A stretch of 64,000 nt of DNA from Eledone cirrhosa. Its lineage: Eukaryota. Position 1 is the stretch's first letter. Each line of letters begins with the position of its first letter. Positions 1 through 18,000 of this stretch are shown here, in pieces. The notes beneath the pieces were generated by a model, which saw only the letters and a list, made by a program, of their open reading frames with translations, was not told the origin of the DNA and ran no database searches. A program made the translations under genes and the position numbers. The stretch lies in NCBI GenBank assembly GCA_964016885.1, contig OZ024742.1, forward strand, positions 6,138,001 through 6,202,000. Direction: 5' to 3'.

Positions 1-3000
1 AACGCTGTAATAACAACACCAATGGCAACATCAACAACAACAACTATCATAGCAACAACACTGTAATAACAACACCAATGGCAACAACAACAACAACAAC
101 AACTATCATAGCAACAACACTGTAATAACAACACCAATGGCAACATCAACAACAACAACTATCATAGCAACAACGCTGTAATAACAACAGCAATGGCAAC
201 ATCAACAACAACAACTATCATAGCAACAACACTGTAATAACAACACCAATGGCAACATCAACAACAACAACTATCATAGCAACAACACTGTAATAACAAC
301 ACCAATGGCAACAGCAACAACAACAACAACTATCATAGCAACAACGCTGTAATAACAACACCAATGGCAACATCAACAACAACAACTATCATAGCAACAA
401 CACTGTAATAACAACACCAATGGCAACATCAACAACAACAACTATCATAGCAACAACGCTGTAATAACAACACCAATGGCAACAGCAACAACAACAACAA
501 CTACTATCATAGCAACAACGCTGTAATAAGAACACCAATGGCAACATCAACAACAACAACTATCATAGCAACAACACTGTAATAACAACACCAATGGCAA
601 CATCAACAACAACAACTATCATAGCAACAACGCTGTAATAACAACACCAATGGCAACAGCAACAACAACAACAACAACTATCATAGCAACAACGCTGTAA
701 TAAGAACACCAATGGCAACATCAACAACAACAACTATCATAGCAACAACGCTGTAATAACAACACCAATGGCAACAGCAACAACAACAACTATCATAGCA
801 ACAACACTGTAATAACAACACCAATGGCAACATCAACAACAACAACTATCATAGCAACAACGCTGTAATAACAACACCAATGGCAACAGCAACAACAACA
901 ACAACAACTATCATAGCAACAACGCTGTAATAAGAACACCAATGGCAACATCAACAACAACAACTATCATAGCAACAACGCTGTAATAACAACACCAATG
1001 GCAACAGCAACAACAACAACAACTATCATAGCAACAACGCTGTAATAACAACACCAATGGCAACATCAACAACAACAACTATCATAGCAACAACGCTGTA
1101 ATAACAACACCAATGGCAACAGCAACAACAACAACAACTATCATAGCAACAACGCTGTAATAACAACACCAATGGCAACATCAACAACAACAACTATCAT
1201 AGCAACAACGCTGTAATAACAACACCAATGGCAACAGCAACAACAACAACAACTATCATAGCAACAACGCTGTAATAACAACACCAATGGCAACATCAAC
1301 AACAACAACTATCATAGCAACAACACTGTAATAACAACACCAATGGCAACAGCAACAACAACAACAACTATCATAGCAACAACGCTGTAATAAGAACACC
1401 AATGGCAACATCAACAACACCAACTATCATAGCAACAACGCTGTAATAACAACACCAATGGCAACAGCAACAACAACAACAACTACTATCATAGCAACAA
1501 CGCTGTAATAACAACACCAATGGCAACATCAACAACAACAACTATCATAGCAACAACGCTGTAATAACAACACCAATGGCCACAGCAACAACAACAACAA
1601 CTATCATAGCAACAACGATGTAATAACAACACCAATGGCAACAACAACAACAACTATCATAGCAACAACGCTGTAATAAAAACACCAATGGCAACAGCAA
1701 CAACAACAACTATCATAGCAACAACGCTGTAATAACAACACCAATGGCAACTGCAACAACAACAACAACTACTATCATAGCAACAACGCTGTAATAACAA
1801 CACCAATGGCAACATCAACAAGAACAACTATCATAGCAACAACGCTGTAATAACAACACCAATGGCAACAGCAACAACAACAACAACTATCATAGCAACA
1901 ACGATGTAATAACAACACCAATGGCAACAACAACAACAACTATCATAGCAACAACGCTGTAATAAAAACACCAATGGCAACAGCAACAACAACAACTATC
2001 ATAGCAACAACGCTGTAATAACAACACCAATGGCCACAGCAACAACAACAACAACTATCATAGCAACAACGATGTAATAACAACACCAATGGCAACAACA
2101 ACAACAACTATCATAGCAACAACGCTGTAATAAAAACACCAATGGCAACAGCAACAACAACAACTATCATAGCAACAACGCTGTAATAACAACACCAATG
2201 GCAACTGCAACAACAACAACAACTACTATCATAGCAACAACGCTGTAATAACAACACCAATGGCAACATCAACAAGAACAACTATCATAGCAACAACGCT
2301 GTAATAACAACACCAATGGCAACAGCAACAACAACAACAACTATCATAGCAACAACGCTGTAATAACAACACCAATGGCAACATCAACAACAACAACTAT
2401 CATAGCAACAACGCTGTAATAACAACACCAATGGCAACAGCAACAACAACAACAACTACTATCATAGCAACAACGCTGTAATAACAACACCAATGGCAAC
2501 AGCAACAACAACAACAACTACTATCATAGCAACAACGCTGTAATAACAACACCAATGGCAACAGCAACAACAACAACAACTATCATAGCAACAACGCTGT
2601 AATAACAACACCAATGGCAACATCAACAACAACAACTATCATAGCAACAACGCTGTAATAACAACACCAATGGCAACAGCAACAACAACAACAACTACTA
2701 TCATAGCAACAACGCTGTAATAACAACACCAATGGCAACAGCAACAACAACAACAACAACTATCATAGCAACAACGCTGTAATAACAACACCAATGGCAA
2801 CAGCAACAACAACAACAACTATCATAGCAACAACGATGTAATAACAACACCAATGGCAACAACAACAACAACTATCATAGCAACAACGCTGTAATAAAAA
2901 CACCAATGGCAACAGCAACAACAACAACTATCATAGCAACAACGCTGTAATAACAACACCAATGGCAACAGCAACAACAACAACAACTACTATCATAGCA

Positions 3001-6000
3001 ACAACGCTGTAATAACAACACCAATGGCAACATCAACAACAACAACTATCATAGCAACAACGCTGTAATAACAACACCAATGGCAACAGCAACAACAACA
3101 ACAACTACTATCATAGCAACAACGCTGTAATAACAACAGCAATGGCAACATCAACAACAACAACTATCATGGCAACAACGCTGTAATAACAACACCAATG
3201 GCAACGGCAACACCAACAACTACTCTCATAGCAACAACGCTGTAATAACAACATCAATGGCAACAGCAACAACAACAACTATCATAGCAACAACGCTGTA
3301 ATAACAACACCAATGGCAACATCAACAACAACAACTATCATAGCAACAACGCTGTAATAACAACACGAATGGCAACATCAACAACAACAACTATCATAGC
3401 AACAACGCTGTAATAAAAACACCAATGGCAACAGCAACAACAACAACTATCATAGCAACAACGCCGTAATAACAACACCAATGGCAACAACAACAACAAC
3501 TATCATTAGAACAACGCTGTAATAACAACATCAATGGCAACATCAACAACAACAACTATCATAGCAACAACGCTTTAATAACAACACCAATGGCAATATC
3601 AACAACCACAACTACCATAGCAACAACGCTGTAATAACAACACCAATGGCAACAGCAACAACAACAACTATCATAGCAACAACGCTGTAATAACAACACC
3701 AATGGCAACATCAACAACAACAACAACAACAACTATCATAGCAACAACGCTGTAATAACAACACCAATGGCAACAGCAACAACAACAACAACAATTATCA
3801 TAACAACAACGCTGTAATAACACAGCAATGGCAACATCAACAACAACAACTATCATAGCAACAACGCTGTAATAACAACACCAATGGCAACAGCAACAAC
3901 AACAACAACTATCATAGCAACAACGCTGTAATAACAACACCAATGGCAACATCAACAACACCACAATCATAGCAACAACGCTGTAATAACAACACCAATG
4001 GCAACAGCAACAACAACAACAACTACTATCATAGCAACAACGCTGTAATAACAACACCAATGGCAACATCAACAACAACAACTATCATAGCAACAACGCT
4101 GTAATAACAACACCAATGGCAACAGCAACAACAACAACAACTATCATAGCAACAACGCTGTAATAACAACACCAATGGCAACATCAACAACAACAACTAT
4201 CATAGCAACAACGCTGTAATAACAACACCAATGGCAACAGCAACAACAACAACAACTATCATAGCAACAACGCTGTAATAACAACACCAATGGCAACATC
4301 AACAACAACAACTATCATAGCAACAACGCTGTAATAACAACACCAATGGCAACAGCAACAACAACAACAACTATCATAGCAACAACGCTGTAATAACAAC
4401 ACCAATGGCAACATCAACAACAACAACTATCATAGCAACAACGCTGTAATAACAACACCAATGGCAACAGCAACAACAACAACAACTATCATAGCAACAA
4501 CGCTGTAATAACAACACCAATGGCAACAGCAACAACAACAACAACTACTATCATAGCAACAACGCTGTAATAACAACACCAATGGCAACATCAACAACAA
4601 CAACAACTACTATCATAGCAACAACGCTGTAATAAGAACACCAATGGCAACAGCAACAGCAACTATCATAGCAACAACGTTGTAAATATAACACCAATGG
4701 CAACAGCAACAACAACAACTATCATAGCAACAACGCTGTAATAACAACACAAATGGCAACAGCAACAACCACAACAACTCTCATAGCAACAGCGCTGTAA
4801 TAACGACAGCAATGGCAACATCAACAACAACAACTATCATAGCAACAACGCTGTAATAAGAACACCAATGGCAACAGCAACAGCAACTATCATAGCAACA
4901 ACGTTGTAATTATAACACCAATGGCAACAGCAACAACAACAACTATCATAGCAACAACGCTGTAATAACAACACAAATGGCAACAGCAACAACAACAACA
5001 ACAACAACTACCATAGCAACAACGCTTTAATAACAACACCAATGGCAACATCAACAACAACAACTATCATAGAAACAACGCTGTAATAACAACACCATTG
5101 GCAACAGCAACAACAACAACAACTATCATAGCAACAACGCTGTAATAACAACACCAATGGCAACATCAACCACGACAACAACAACAACTACCATAGCAAC
5201 AACGCTGTAATAACAACACCAATGGCAACAGCAACAACAACAACTACCATAGCAACAACACTGTAATAACAACACCATTGGCAACAGCAACAACAACAAC
5301 TATCATAGCAACAACGCTGTAATAACAACAACAATGGCAACATCAACAACAACAACAACAACAACTATCATAGCAACAACGCTGTAATAACACAGCAATG
5401 GCAACATCAACAACAACAACTATCATAGCAACAACGCTCTAATAACAACACCAATGGCAACAGCAACAACAACAACAACTATCATAGCAACAACGCTGTA
5501 ATAACAACACCAATGGCAACAGCAACAACAACAACTATCATAGCAACAACGCTGTAATAACAACACCAATGGCAACATCAACAACAACAACAACAACTAT
5601 CATAGCAACAACGCTGTAATAACAACACCATTGGCAACAGCAACAACAACAACAACTATCATAGCAACACCGCTGTAATAACAGCACCAATGGCAACAGC
5701 AACAACAACAACAACAACTATCATAACAACAACGCTGTAATAACACAGCAATGGCAACATCAACAAAAACAACAATCATAGCAACAACGCTGAAATAACA
5801 ACACCAATGGCAACAGCAACAACAACAACTACTATCATAGCAACAACGCTGTAATAACAACACCAATGGCAACATCAACAACAACAACTATCATAGCAAC
5901 AACGCTGTAATAACAATACCAATGACAACAACTATCATAGCAACAACGCTGTGATAACAACAGCAATGGCAACAGTAACAACAACAACAACTATCATAGC

Positions 6001-9000
6001 AACAACGCTGTAATAAAAACACCAATGGCAACAGCAACAACAACAACTATCATAGCAACAACGCTGTAATAACAACAGCAATGGCAACATCAACAACAAC
6101 TATCATTACAACAACGTTGTAATAACAACACCATTGGCAACAGCAACAACAACAACAACTATCATAGCAACAACGCTGTAATAATAACACCAATGCCAAC
6201 AACAACAACAACAACTATCAGAGCAACCACGCTGTAATAACAACAGCAATGGCAACAGCAACAACAACAACTATCATAGCAACAACGCTGTAATAACAAC
6301 ACCAATGGCAACAACAACAACAACTATCATAGCAACCACGCTGTAATAACAACAGCAATGGCAACAGCAACAACAACGACTATCATAGCAACAACGCTGT
6401 AATAACAACAGCAATTGCAACAGCAACAACAACAACTATCATAGCAACAACGCTGTAATAACAACACCAATGGCAACAGCAACAACAACAACTATCATAG
6501 CAACAACGCTGTAATAACAACACCAATGGCAACAGCAACAACAACAACTATCATAGCAACAACGCTGTAATAACAACACCAATGGCAACAGCAACAACAA
6601 CAACTATCATAGCAACAACGCTGTAATAACAACACCAATGGCAACATCAACAACAACAACAACAACAACTACTATCATAGCAACAACGCTGTAATAACAA
6701 CACCAATGGCAACAGCAACAACAACAACAACTACTATCATAGCAACAACGCTGTAATAACAACAGCAATGGCAACAGCAACAACAACAACTATCATAGCA
6801 ACAACGCTGTAATAACAACACCAATGGCAACATCAACAACAACAACAACAACAACAACTATCATAGCAACAACGCTGTAATAACAGAGCAATGGCAACAT
6901 CAACGACAACAACTATCATAGCAACAACGCTGTAATAACAACACCATTAGCAACAGCAACAACAACAACAACTATCATAGCAACAACGCTGTAATAACAA
7001 CACCATTGGCAACAGCAACAACAACAACAACTATCATAGCAACAACGCTGTAATAACAACACCAATGGCAACATCAACAACAACAACTATCATAGCAACA
7101 ACACTGTAATAACAACACCAATGGCAACAGCAACAACAACAACAACTATCATAGCAACAACGCTGTAATAACAACACCAATGGCAACATCAACAACAACA
7201 ACTATCATAGCAACAACACTGTAATCACAACACCAATGGCAACAGCAACAACAACAACAACTATCATAGCAACAACGCTGTAATAAGAACACCAATGGCA
7301 ACATCAACAACAACAACTATCATAGCAACAACGCTGTAATAACAACACCAATGGCAACAGCAACAACAACAACAACTACTATCATAGCAACAACGCTGTA
7401 ATAACAACACCAATGGCAACATCAACAACAACAACTATCATAGCAACAACGCTGTAATAACAACACCAATGGCAACAGCAACAACAACAACAACTATCAT
7501 AGCAACAACGCTGTAATAACAACACCAATGGCAACAGCAACATCAACAACAACAACTATCATAGCAACAACGCTGTAATAACAACACCAATGGCAACAGC
7601 AACAACAACAACAACTACTATCATAGCAACAACGCTGTAATAACAACACCAATGGCAACATCAACAACAACAACTATCATAGCAACAACGCTGTAATAAC
7701 AACACCAATTGCAACAGCAACAACAACAACAACTATCATAGCAACAACGATGTAATAACAACACCAATGGCAACAACAACAACAACTATCATAGCAACAA
7801 CGCTGTAATAACAACACCAATGGCAACAGCAACAACAACAACAACTACTATAATAGCAACAACGCTGTAATAACAACAGCAATGGCAACATCAAAAACAA
7901 CTATCATAGCAACAACGCTGTAATAACAACACCAATGGCAACAGCAACAACAACAACAACTACTATCATAGCAACAACGCTGTAATAACAACACCAATGA
8001 CAACATCAACAAGAACAACTATCATAGCAACAACGCTGTAATAACAACACCAATGGCAACAGCAACAACAACAACAACTATCATAGCAACAACGATGTAA
8101 TAACAACACCAATGGCAACAACAACAACAACTATCATAGCAACAACGCTGTAATAAAAACACCAATGGCAACAGCAACAACAACAACTATCATAGCAACA
8201 ACGCTGTAATAACAATACCAATGGCAACAGCAACAACAACAACAACTACTATCATAGCAACAACGCTGTAATAACAACACCAATGGCAACATCATCAACA
8301 ACAACTATCATAGCAACAACGCTGTAATAACAACACCAATGGCAACAGCAACAACAACAACAACTACTATCATAGCAACAACGCTGTAATAATAACAGCA
8401 ATGGCAACATCAACAACAACAACTATCATAGCAACAACGCTGTAATAACAACACCAATGGCAGCAGCAACAACAACAACTATCACAGCAACAACGCTGTA
8501 ATAACAACATCAATGGCAACAGCAACAACAACAACTATCATAGCAACAACGCTGTAATAACAACACCAATGGCAACATCAACCACAACAACTATCATAGC
8601 AACAACGCTGTAATAAAAACACCAATGGCAACAGCAACAACAACAACTATCATAGCAACAACGCTGTAATAACAACACCAATGGCAACAGCAACAACAAC
8701 AACAACTACTATCATAGCAACAACGCTGTAATAACAACAGCAATGGCAACATCAACAACAACAACTATCATAGCAACAACGCTGTAATAACAACACCAAT
8801 GGCAACGGCAACAACAACAACAACTCTCATAGCAACAACGCTGTAATAACAACATCAATGGCAACAGCAACAACAACAACTATCATAGCAACAACGCTGT
8901 AATAACAACACCAATGGCAACATCAACAACAACAACTATCATAGCAACAACGCTGTAATAACAACACGAATGGCAACATCAACAACAACAACTATCATAG

Positions 9001-12000
9001 CAACAACGCTGTAATAAAAACACCAATGGCAACAGCAACAACAACAACTATCATAGCAACAACGCCGTAATAACAACACCAATGGCAACAACAACAACAA
9101 CTATCATTACAACAACGCTGTAATAACAACATCAATGGCAACATCAACAACAACAACTATCATAGCAACAACGCTTTAATAACAACACCAATGGCAATAT
9201 CAACAACAACAACTACCATAGCAACAACGCTGTAATAACAACACCAATGGCAACAGCAACAACAACAACTATCATAGCAACAACGCTGTAATAACAACAC
9301 CAATGGCAACATCAACAACAACAACAAAAACAACTATCATAGCAACAACGCTGTAATAACAACACCAATGGCAACATCAACAACAACAACAACAACAACA
9401 ACTATCATAGCAACAACGCTGTAATAACAACACCAATGGCAACATCAACAACAACAACAACAACAACTATCATAGCAACAACGCTGTAATAACAACACCA
9501 ATGGCAACATCAACAACAACAACAACAACAACTATCATAGCAACAACGCTGTAATAACAACACCAATGGCAACATCAACAACAACAACAACAACAACTAT
9601 CATAGCAACAACGCTTTAATAACAACACCAATGGCAACATCAACAACAACAACAACTATCATAGCAACAACGCTCTAATAACAACACCAATGGCAACAGC
9701 AACAACAACAACAACTATCATAGCAACGACGCTGTAATAACAACACCAATGGCAACAGCAACAACAACAACTACCATAGCAACAACGCTGTAATAACAAC
9801 ACCAATGGCAACAGCAACAACAACAACTATCATAGCAACAACGCTGTAATAACAACACCAATGGCAACAGCAACAACAACAACAACAATTATCATAACAA
9901 CAACGCTGTAATAACACAGCAATGGCAACATCAACAACAACAACTATCATAGCAACAACGCTGTAATAACAACACCAATGGCAACAGCAACAACAACAAC
10001 AACTATCATAGCAACAACGCTGTAATAACAACACCAATGGCAACATCAACAACAACAACAATCATAGCAACAACGCTGTAATAACAACACCAATGGCAAC
10101 AGCAACAACAACAACAACTACTATCATAGCAACAACGCTGTAATAACAACACCAATGGCAACAGCAACAACAACAACAACTACTATCATAGCCACAACGC
10201 TGTAATAACAACACCAATGGCAACAGCAACAACAACAACAACTATCATAGCAACAACGCTGTAATAACAACACCAATGGCAACATCAACAACAACAACTA
10301 TCATAGCAACAACGCTGTAATAACAACACCAATGGCAACAGCAACAACAACAACAACTATCATAGCAACAACGCTGTAATAACAACACCAATGGCAACAG
10401 CAACAACAACAACAACTACTATCATAGCAACAACGCTGTAATAACAACACCAATGGCAACAGCAACAACAACAACAACTACTATCATAGCAACAACGCTG
10501 TAATAAGAACACCAATGGCAACAGCAACAGCAACTATCATAGCAACAACGTTGTAATTATAACACCAATGGCAACAGCAACAACAACAACTATCATAGCA
10601 ACAACGCTGTAATAACAACACAAATGGCAACAGCAACAACCACAACAACTCTCATAGCAACAACGCTGTAATAACGACAGCAATGGCAACATCAACAACA
10701 ACAACTATCATAGCAACAACGCTGTAATAAGAACACCAATGGCAACAGCAACAGCAACTATCATAGCAACAACGTTGTAATTATAACACCAATGGCAACA
10801 GCAACAACAACAACTATCATAGCAACAACGCTGTAATAACAACACAAATGGCAACAGCAACAACAACAACAACAACAACTACCATAGCAACAACGCTTTA
10901 ATAACAACACCAATGGCAACATCAACAACAACAACTATCATAGAAACAACGCTGTAATAACAACACCATTGGCAACAGCAACAACAACAACAACTATCAT
11001 AGCAACAACGCTGTAATAACAACACCAATGGCAACATCAACCACGACAACAACAACAACTACCATAGCAACAACGCTGTAATAACAACACCAATGGCAAC
11101 AGCAACAACAACAACTACCATAGCAACAACACTGTAATAACAACACCATTGGCAACAGCAACAACAACAACTATCATAGCAACAACGCTGTAATAACAAC
11201 AACAATGGCAACATCAACAACAACAACAACAACAACTATCATAGCAACAACGCTGTAATAACACAGCAATGGCAACATCAACAACAACAACTATCATAGC
11301 AACAACGCTCTAATAACAACACCAATGGCAACAGCAACAACAACAACAACTATCATAGCAACAACGCTGTAATAACAACACCAATGGCAACAGCAACAAC
11401 AACAACTATCATAGCAACAACGCTGTAATAAAAACACCAATGGCAACATCAACAACAACAACAACAACTATCATAGCAACAACGCTGTAATAACAACACC
11501 ATTGGCAACAGCAACAACAACAACAACTATCATAGCAACACCGCTGTAATAACAGCACAAATGGCAACAGCAACAACAACAACAACAACTATCATAACAA
11601 CAACGCTGTAATAACACAGCAATGGCAACATCAACAAAAACAACAATCATAGCAACAACGCTGAAATAACAACACCAATGGCAACAGCAACAACAACAAC
11701 TACTATCATAGCAACAACGCTGTAATAACAACACCAATGGCAACATCAACAACAACAACTATCATAGCAACAACGCTGTGATAACAACACCAATGGCAAC
11801 AGTAACAACAACAACAACTATCATAGCAACAACGCTGTAATAAAAACACCAATGGCAACAGCAACAACAACAACTATCATAGCAACAACGCTGTAATAAC
11901 AACAGCAATGGCAACATCAACAACAACTATCATTACAACAACGTTGTAATAACAACACCATTGGCAACAGCAACAACAACAACAACTATCATAGCAACAA

Positions 12001-15000
12001 CGCTGTAATAATAACACCAATGCCAACAACAACAACAACAACTATCAGAGCAACCACGCTGTAATAACAACAGCAATGGCAACAGCAACAACAACGACTA
12101 TCATAGCAACAACGCTGTAATAACAACAGCAATGGCAACAGCAACAACAACAACTATCATAGCAACAACGCTGTAATAACAACACCAATGGCAACATCAA
12201 CAACAACAACTATCATAGCAACAACGCTGTAATAACAACACCAATGGCAACAGCAACAACAACAACTATCATAGCAACAACGCTGTAATAACAACACCAA
12301 TGGCAACAGCAACAACAACAACTATCATAGCAACAACGCTGTAATAACAACACCAATGGCAACAACAACAACAACTATCATAGCAACCACGCTGTAATAA
12401 CAACAGCAATGGCAACAGCAACAACAACGACTATCATAGCAACAACGCTGTAATAACAACAGCAACAACAACAACTATCATAGCAACAACGCTGTAATAA
12501 CAACACCAATGGCAACAGCAACAACAACAACTATCATTGCAACAACGCTGTAATAACAAAACCAATGGCAACAGCAACAACAGCAACTATCATAGCAACA
12601 ACGCTGTAATAACAACAGCAATGGCAACAGCAACAACAACAACTATCATAGCAACAACGCTGTAATAACAAAACCAATGGCAACAGCAACAACAGCAACT
12701 ATCATAGCAACAACGCTGTAATAACAACAGCAATGGCAACAGCAACAACAACAACTTTCATAGCAACAACGCTGTAATAACAACACCAATGGCAACAGCA
12801 ACAACAACAACTATCATAGCAACAACGCTGTAATAACAACACCAATGGCAACAGCAACAACAACAACAACTATCATAGCAACAACGCTGTAATATCAACA
12901 CCAGTGGCAACAGCAACAACAACAACTATCATAGCAACAACGCTGTAATAACAACACCAAAGGCAACAGCAACAGCAACAACAACAACTATCATAGCAAC
13001 AACGCTGTAATAAGAACACCAATGGCAAAAGCAACGGCAACTATCATAGCAACAACGTTGTAATTATAACACCAATGTCAACAGCAACAACAACAACTAT
13101 CATAGCAACAACGCTGTAATAACAACACAAATGGCAACAGCAACAACAACAACAACTCTCACCACAACAACGCTGTAATAATGACAGCAATGGCAACATC
13201 AACAACAACAACTATCATAGCAACAACGCTGTAATAACAACACCAATGGCAACAACAACAACTATCATAGCAACAACGTTGTAATAACAACACCATTGGC
13301 AACAGCAACAACAACAAAAACTATGATAGCAACAACGCTGTAATAACAACACCAATGGCAACATCAACAACCACAACTATCATAGCAACAACGCTGTAAT
13401 AACAACACCAATGGCAACAGCAACAGCAACAACTATCATAGCATCAACGCTGTAATAACAACACAAATGGCAACAGCAACAACAACAACTATCATAGCAA
13501 CAACGATGTAATAACAACACCAATGGCAACAGCAACAACAACAACTATCATAGCAACAACGCTGTAATAACAACAGCAATGGCAACAACAACAACAACAA
13601 CTATCATAGCAACAACGCTGTAATAACAACACTAATGTCAACAGTAACAACAACAACTATGATAGCAACAACGCTGAAATAAAAACACCAATGGCAACAG
13701 CAACAACAACACGTATCATAGCAACAACGCTGTAATAACAATACCAATGGCAACATCAACAACAACAACTATCATAGCAACAACGCTGTAATAACAACAC
13801 CAATGGCAACAGCAACAACAACAACTATCATAGCAACAACGCTGTAATAACAACACCAATGGCAACAGCAACAACAACAACTATCATAGCAACAACGCTG
13901 TAATAACAGAGCAATGGCAACATCAACGACAACAACTATCATAGCAACAACGCTGTAATAACAACACCAATGGCAACAGCAACAACAACAACAACTATCA
14001 TAGCAACAACGCTGTAATAACAACACCATTAGCAACAGCAACAACAACAACAACTATCATAGCAACAACGCTGTAATAACAACACCAATGGCAACATCAA
14101 CAACAACAACTATCATAGCAACAACACTGTAATAACAACACCAATGGCAACAGCAACAACAACAACAACTATCATAGCAACAACGCTGTAATAACAACAC
14201 CAATGGCAACATCAACAACAACAACTATCATAGCAACAACACTGTAATAACAACACCAATGGCAACAGCAACAACAACAACAACTATCATAGCAACAACA
14301 CTGTAATAACAACACCAATGGCAACAGCAACAACAACAACAACTATTATAGCAACAACGCTGTAATAACAACACCAATGGCAACATCAACAACAACAACT
14401 ATCATAGCAACAACGCTGTAATAACAACACCAATGGCAACAACAACAACAACAACAACTATCATAGCAACAACACTGTAATAACAACACCAATGGCAACA
14501 ACAACAACAACAACAACTATCATAGCAACAACACTGTAATAACAACACCAATGGCAACATCAACAACAACAACTATCATAGCAACAACGCTGTAATAACA
14601 ACAGCAATGGCAACATCAACAACAACAACTATCATAGCAACAACACTGTAATAACAACACCAATGGCAACATCAACAACAACAACTATCATAGCAACAAC
14701 ACTGTAATAACAACACCAATGGCAACATCAACAACAACAACTATCATAGCAACAACGCTGTAATAACAACACCAATGGCAACAGCAACAACAACAACAAC
14801 TATCATAGCAACAACACTGTAATAACAACACCAATGGCAACAGCAACAACAACAACAACTATTATAGCAACAACGCTGTAATAACAACAGCAATGGCAAC
14901 ATCAACAACAACAACTATCATAGCAACAACACTGTAATAACAACACCAATGGCAACATCAACAACAACAACTATCATAGCAACAACACTGTAATAACAAC

Positions 15001-18000
15001 ACCAATGGCAACATCAACAACAACAACTATCATAGCAACAACGCTGTAATAACAACACCAATGGCAACAGCAACAACAACAACAACTATCATAGCAACAA
15101 CGCTGTAATAACAACAGCAATGGCAACATCAACAACAACAACTATCATAGCAACAACACTGTAATAACAACACCAATGGCAACATCAACAACAACAACTA
15201 TCATAGCAACAACGCTGTAATAACAACACCAATGGCAACAGCAACAACAACAACAACTATTATAGCAACAACGCTGTAATAACAACAGCAATGGCAACAT
15301 CAACAACAACAACTATCATAGCAACAACACTGTAATATCAACACCAATGGCAACATCAACAACAACAACTATCATAGCAACAACACTGTAATAACAACAC
15401 CAATGGCAACAACAACAACAACAACAACTATCATAGCAACAACGCTGTAATAAGAACACCAATGGCAACATCAACAACAACAACTATCATAGCAACAACG
15501 CTGTAATAACAACACCAATGGCAACAGCAACAACAACAACAACTACTATCATAGCAACAACGCTGTAATAACAACACCAATGGCAACATCAACAACAACA
15601 ACTATCATAGCAACAACGCTGTAATAACAACACCAATGGCAACAGCAACAACAACAACAACTATCATAGCAACAACGCTGTAATAACAACACCAATGGCA
15701 ACATCAACAACAACAACTATCATAGCAACAACGCTGTAATAACAACACCAATGGCAACAGCAACAACAACAACAACTACTATCATAGCAACAACGCTGTA
15801 ATAACAACACCAATGGCAACATCAACAACAACAACTATCATAGCAACAACGCTGTAATAACAACACCAATGGCAACAGCAACAACAACAACAACTATCAT
15901 AGCAACAACGCTGTAATAACAACACCAATGGCAACATCAACAACACCAACTATCATAGCAACAACGCTGTAATAACAACACCAATGGCAACAGCAACAAC
16001 AACAACAACTACTATCATAGCAACAACGCTGTAATAACAACACCAATGGCAACATCAACAACAACAACTATCATAGCAACAACGCTGTAATAACAACACC
16101 AATGGCCACAGCAACAACAACAACAACTATCATAGCAACAACGATGTAATAACAACACCAATGGCAACAACAACAACAACTATCATAGCAACAACGCTGT
16201 AATAAAAACACCAATGGCAACAGCAACAACAACAACTATCATAGCAACAACGCTGTAATAACAACACCAATGGCAACTGCAACAACAACAACAACTACTA
16301 TCATAGCAACAACGCTGTAATAACAACACCAATGGCAACATCAACAAGAACAACTATCATAGCAACAACGCTGTAATAACAACACCAATGGCAACAGCAA
16401 CAACAACAACAACTATCATAGCAACAACGATGTAATAACAACACCAATGGCAACAACAACAACAACTATCATAGCAACAACGCTGTAATAAAAACACCAA
16501 TGGCAACAGCAACAACAACAACTATCATAGCAACAACGCTGTAATAACAACACCAATGGCAACAGCAACAACAACAACAACTACTATCATAGCAACAACG
16601 CTGTAATAACAACACCAATGGCAACATCAACAACAACAACTATCATAGCAACAACGCTGTAATAACAACACCAATGGCAACAGCAACAACAACAACAACT
16701 ACTATCATAGCAACAACGCTGTAATAACAACAGCAATGGCAACAGCAACAACAACAACTATCATAGCAACAACGCTGTAATAACAACACCAATGGCAACA
16801 TCAACAACAACAACAACAACAACAACTATCATAGCAACAACGCTGTAATAACAGAGCAATGGCAACAACAACAACAACTATCATAGCAACAACGCTGTAA
16901 TAACAACACCATTGGCAACAGCAACAACAACAACAACTATCATAGCAACAACGCTGTAATAACAACACCAATGGCAACATCAACAACAACAACTATCATA
17001 GCAACAACACTGTAATAACAACACCAATGGCAACAGCAACAACAACAACAACTATCATAGCAACAACGCTGTAATAACAACACCAATGGCAACATCAACA
17101 ACAACAACTATCATAGCAACAACGCTGTAATAACAACACCAATGGCAACATCAACAACAACAACTATCATAGCAACAACACTGTAATAACAACACCAATG
17201 GCAACAGCAACAACAACAACAACTATCATAGCAACAACGCTGTAATAACAACACCAATGGCAACAGCAACAACAACAACAACTACTATCATAGCAACAAC
17301 GCTGTAATAACAACACCAATGGCAACATCAACAACAACAACTATCATAGCAACAACGCTGTAATAACAACACCAATGGCAACATCAACAACAACAACTAT
17401 CATAGCAACAACACTGTAATCACAACACCAATGGCAACAGCAACAACAACAACAACTATCATAGCAACAACGCTGTAATAACAACACCAATGGCAACATC
17501 AACAACAACAACTATCATAGCAACAACGCTGTAATAACAACACCATTGGCAACAGCAACAACAACAACAACTATCATAGCAACAACACTGTAATAACAAC
17601 ACCAATGGCAACCGCAACAACAACAACAACTATCATAGCAACAACGCTGTAATAAGAACACCAATGGCAACATCAACAACAACAACTATCATAGCAACAA
17701 CGCTGTAATAACAACACCAATGGCAACAGCAACAACAACAACAACTACTATCATAGCAACAACGCTGTAATAACAACACCAATGGCAACATCAACAACAA
17801 CAACTATCATAGCAACAACGCTGTAATAACAACACCAATGGCAACAGCAACAACAACAACAACTATCATAGCAACAACGCTGTAATAACAACACCAATGG
17901 CAACATCAACAACAACAACTATCATAGCAACAACGCTGTAATAAAAACACCAATGGCAACAGCAACAACAACAACAACTACTATCATAGCAACAACGCTG

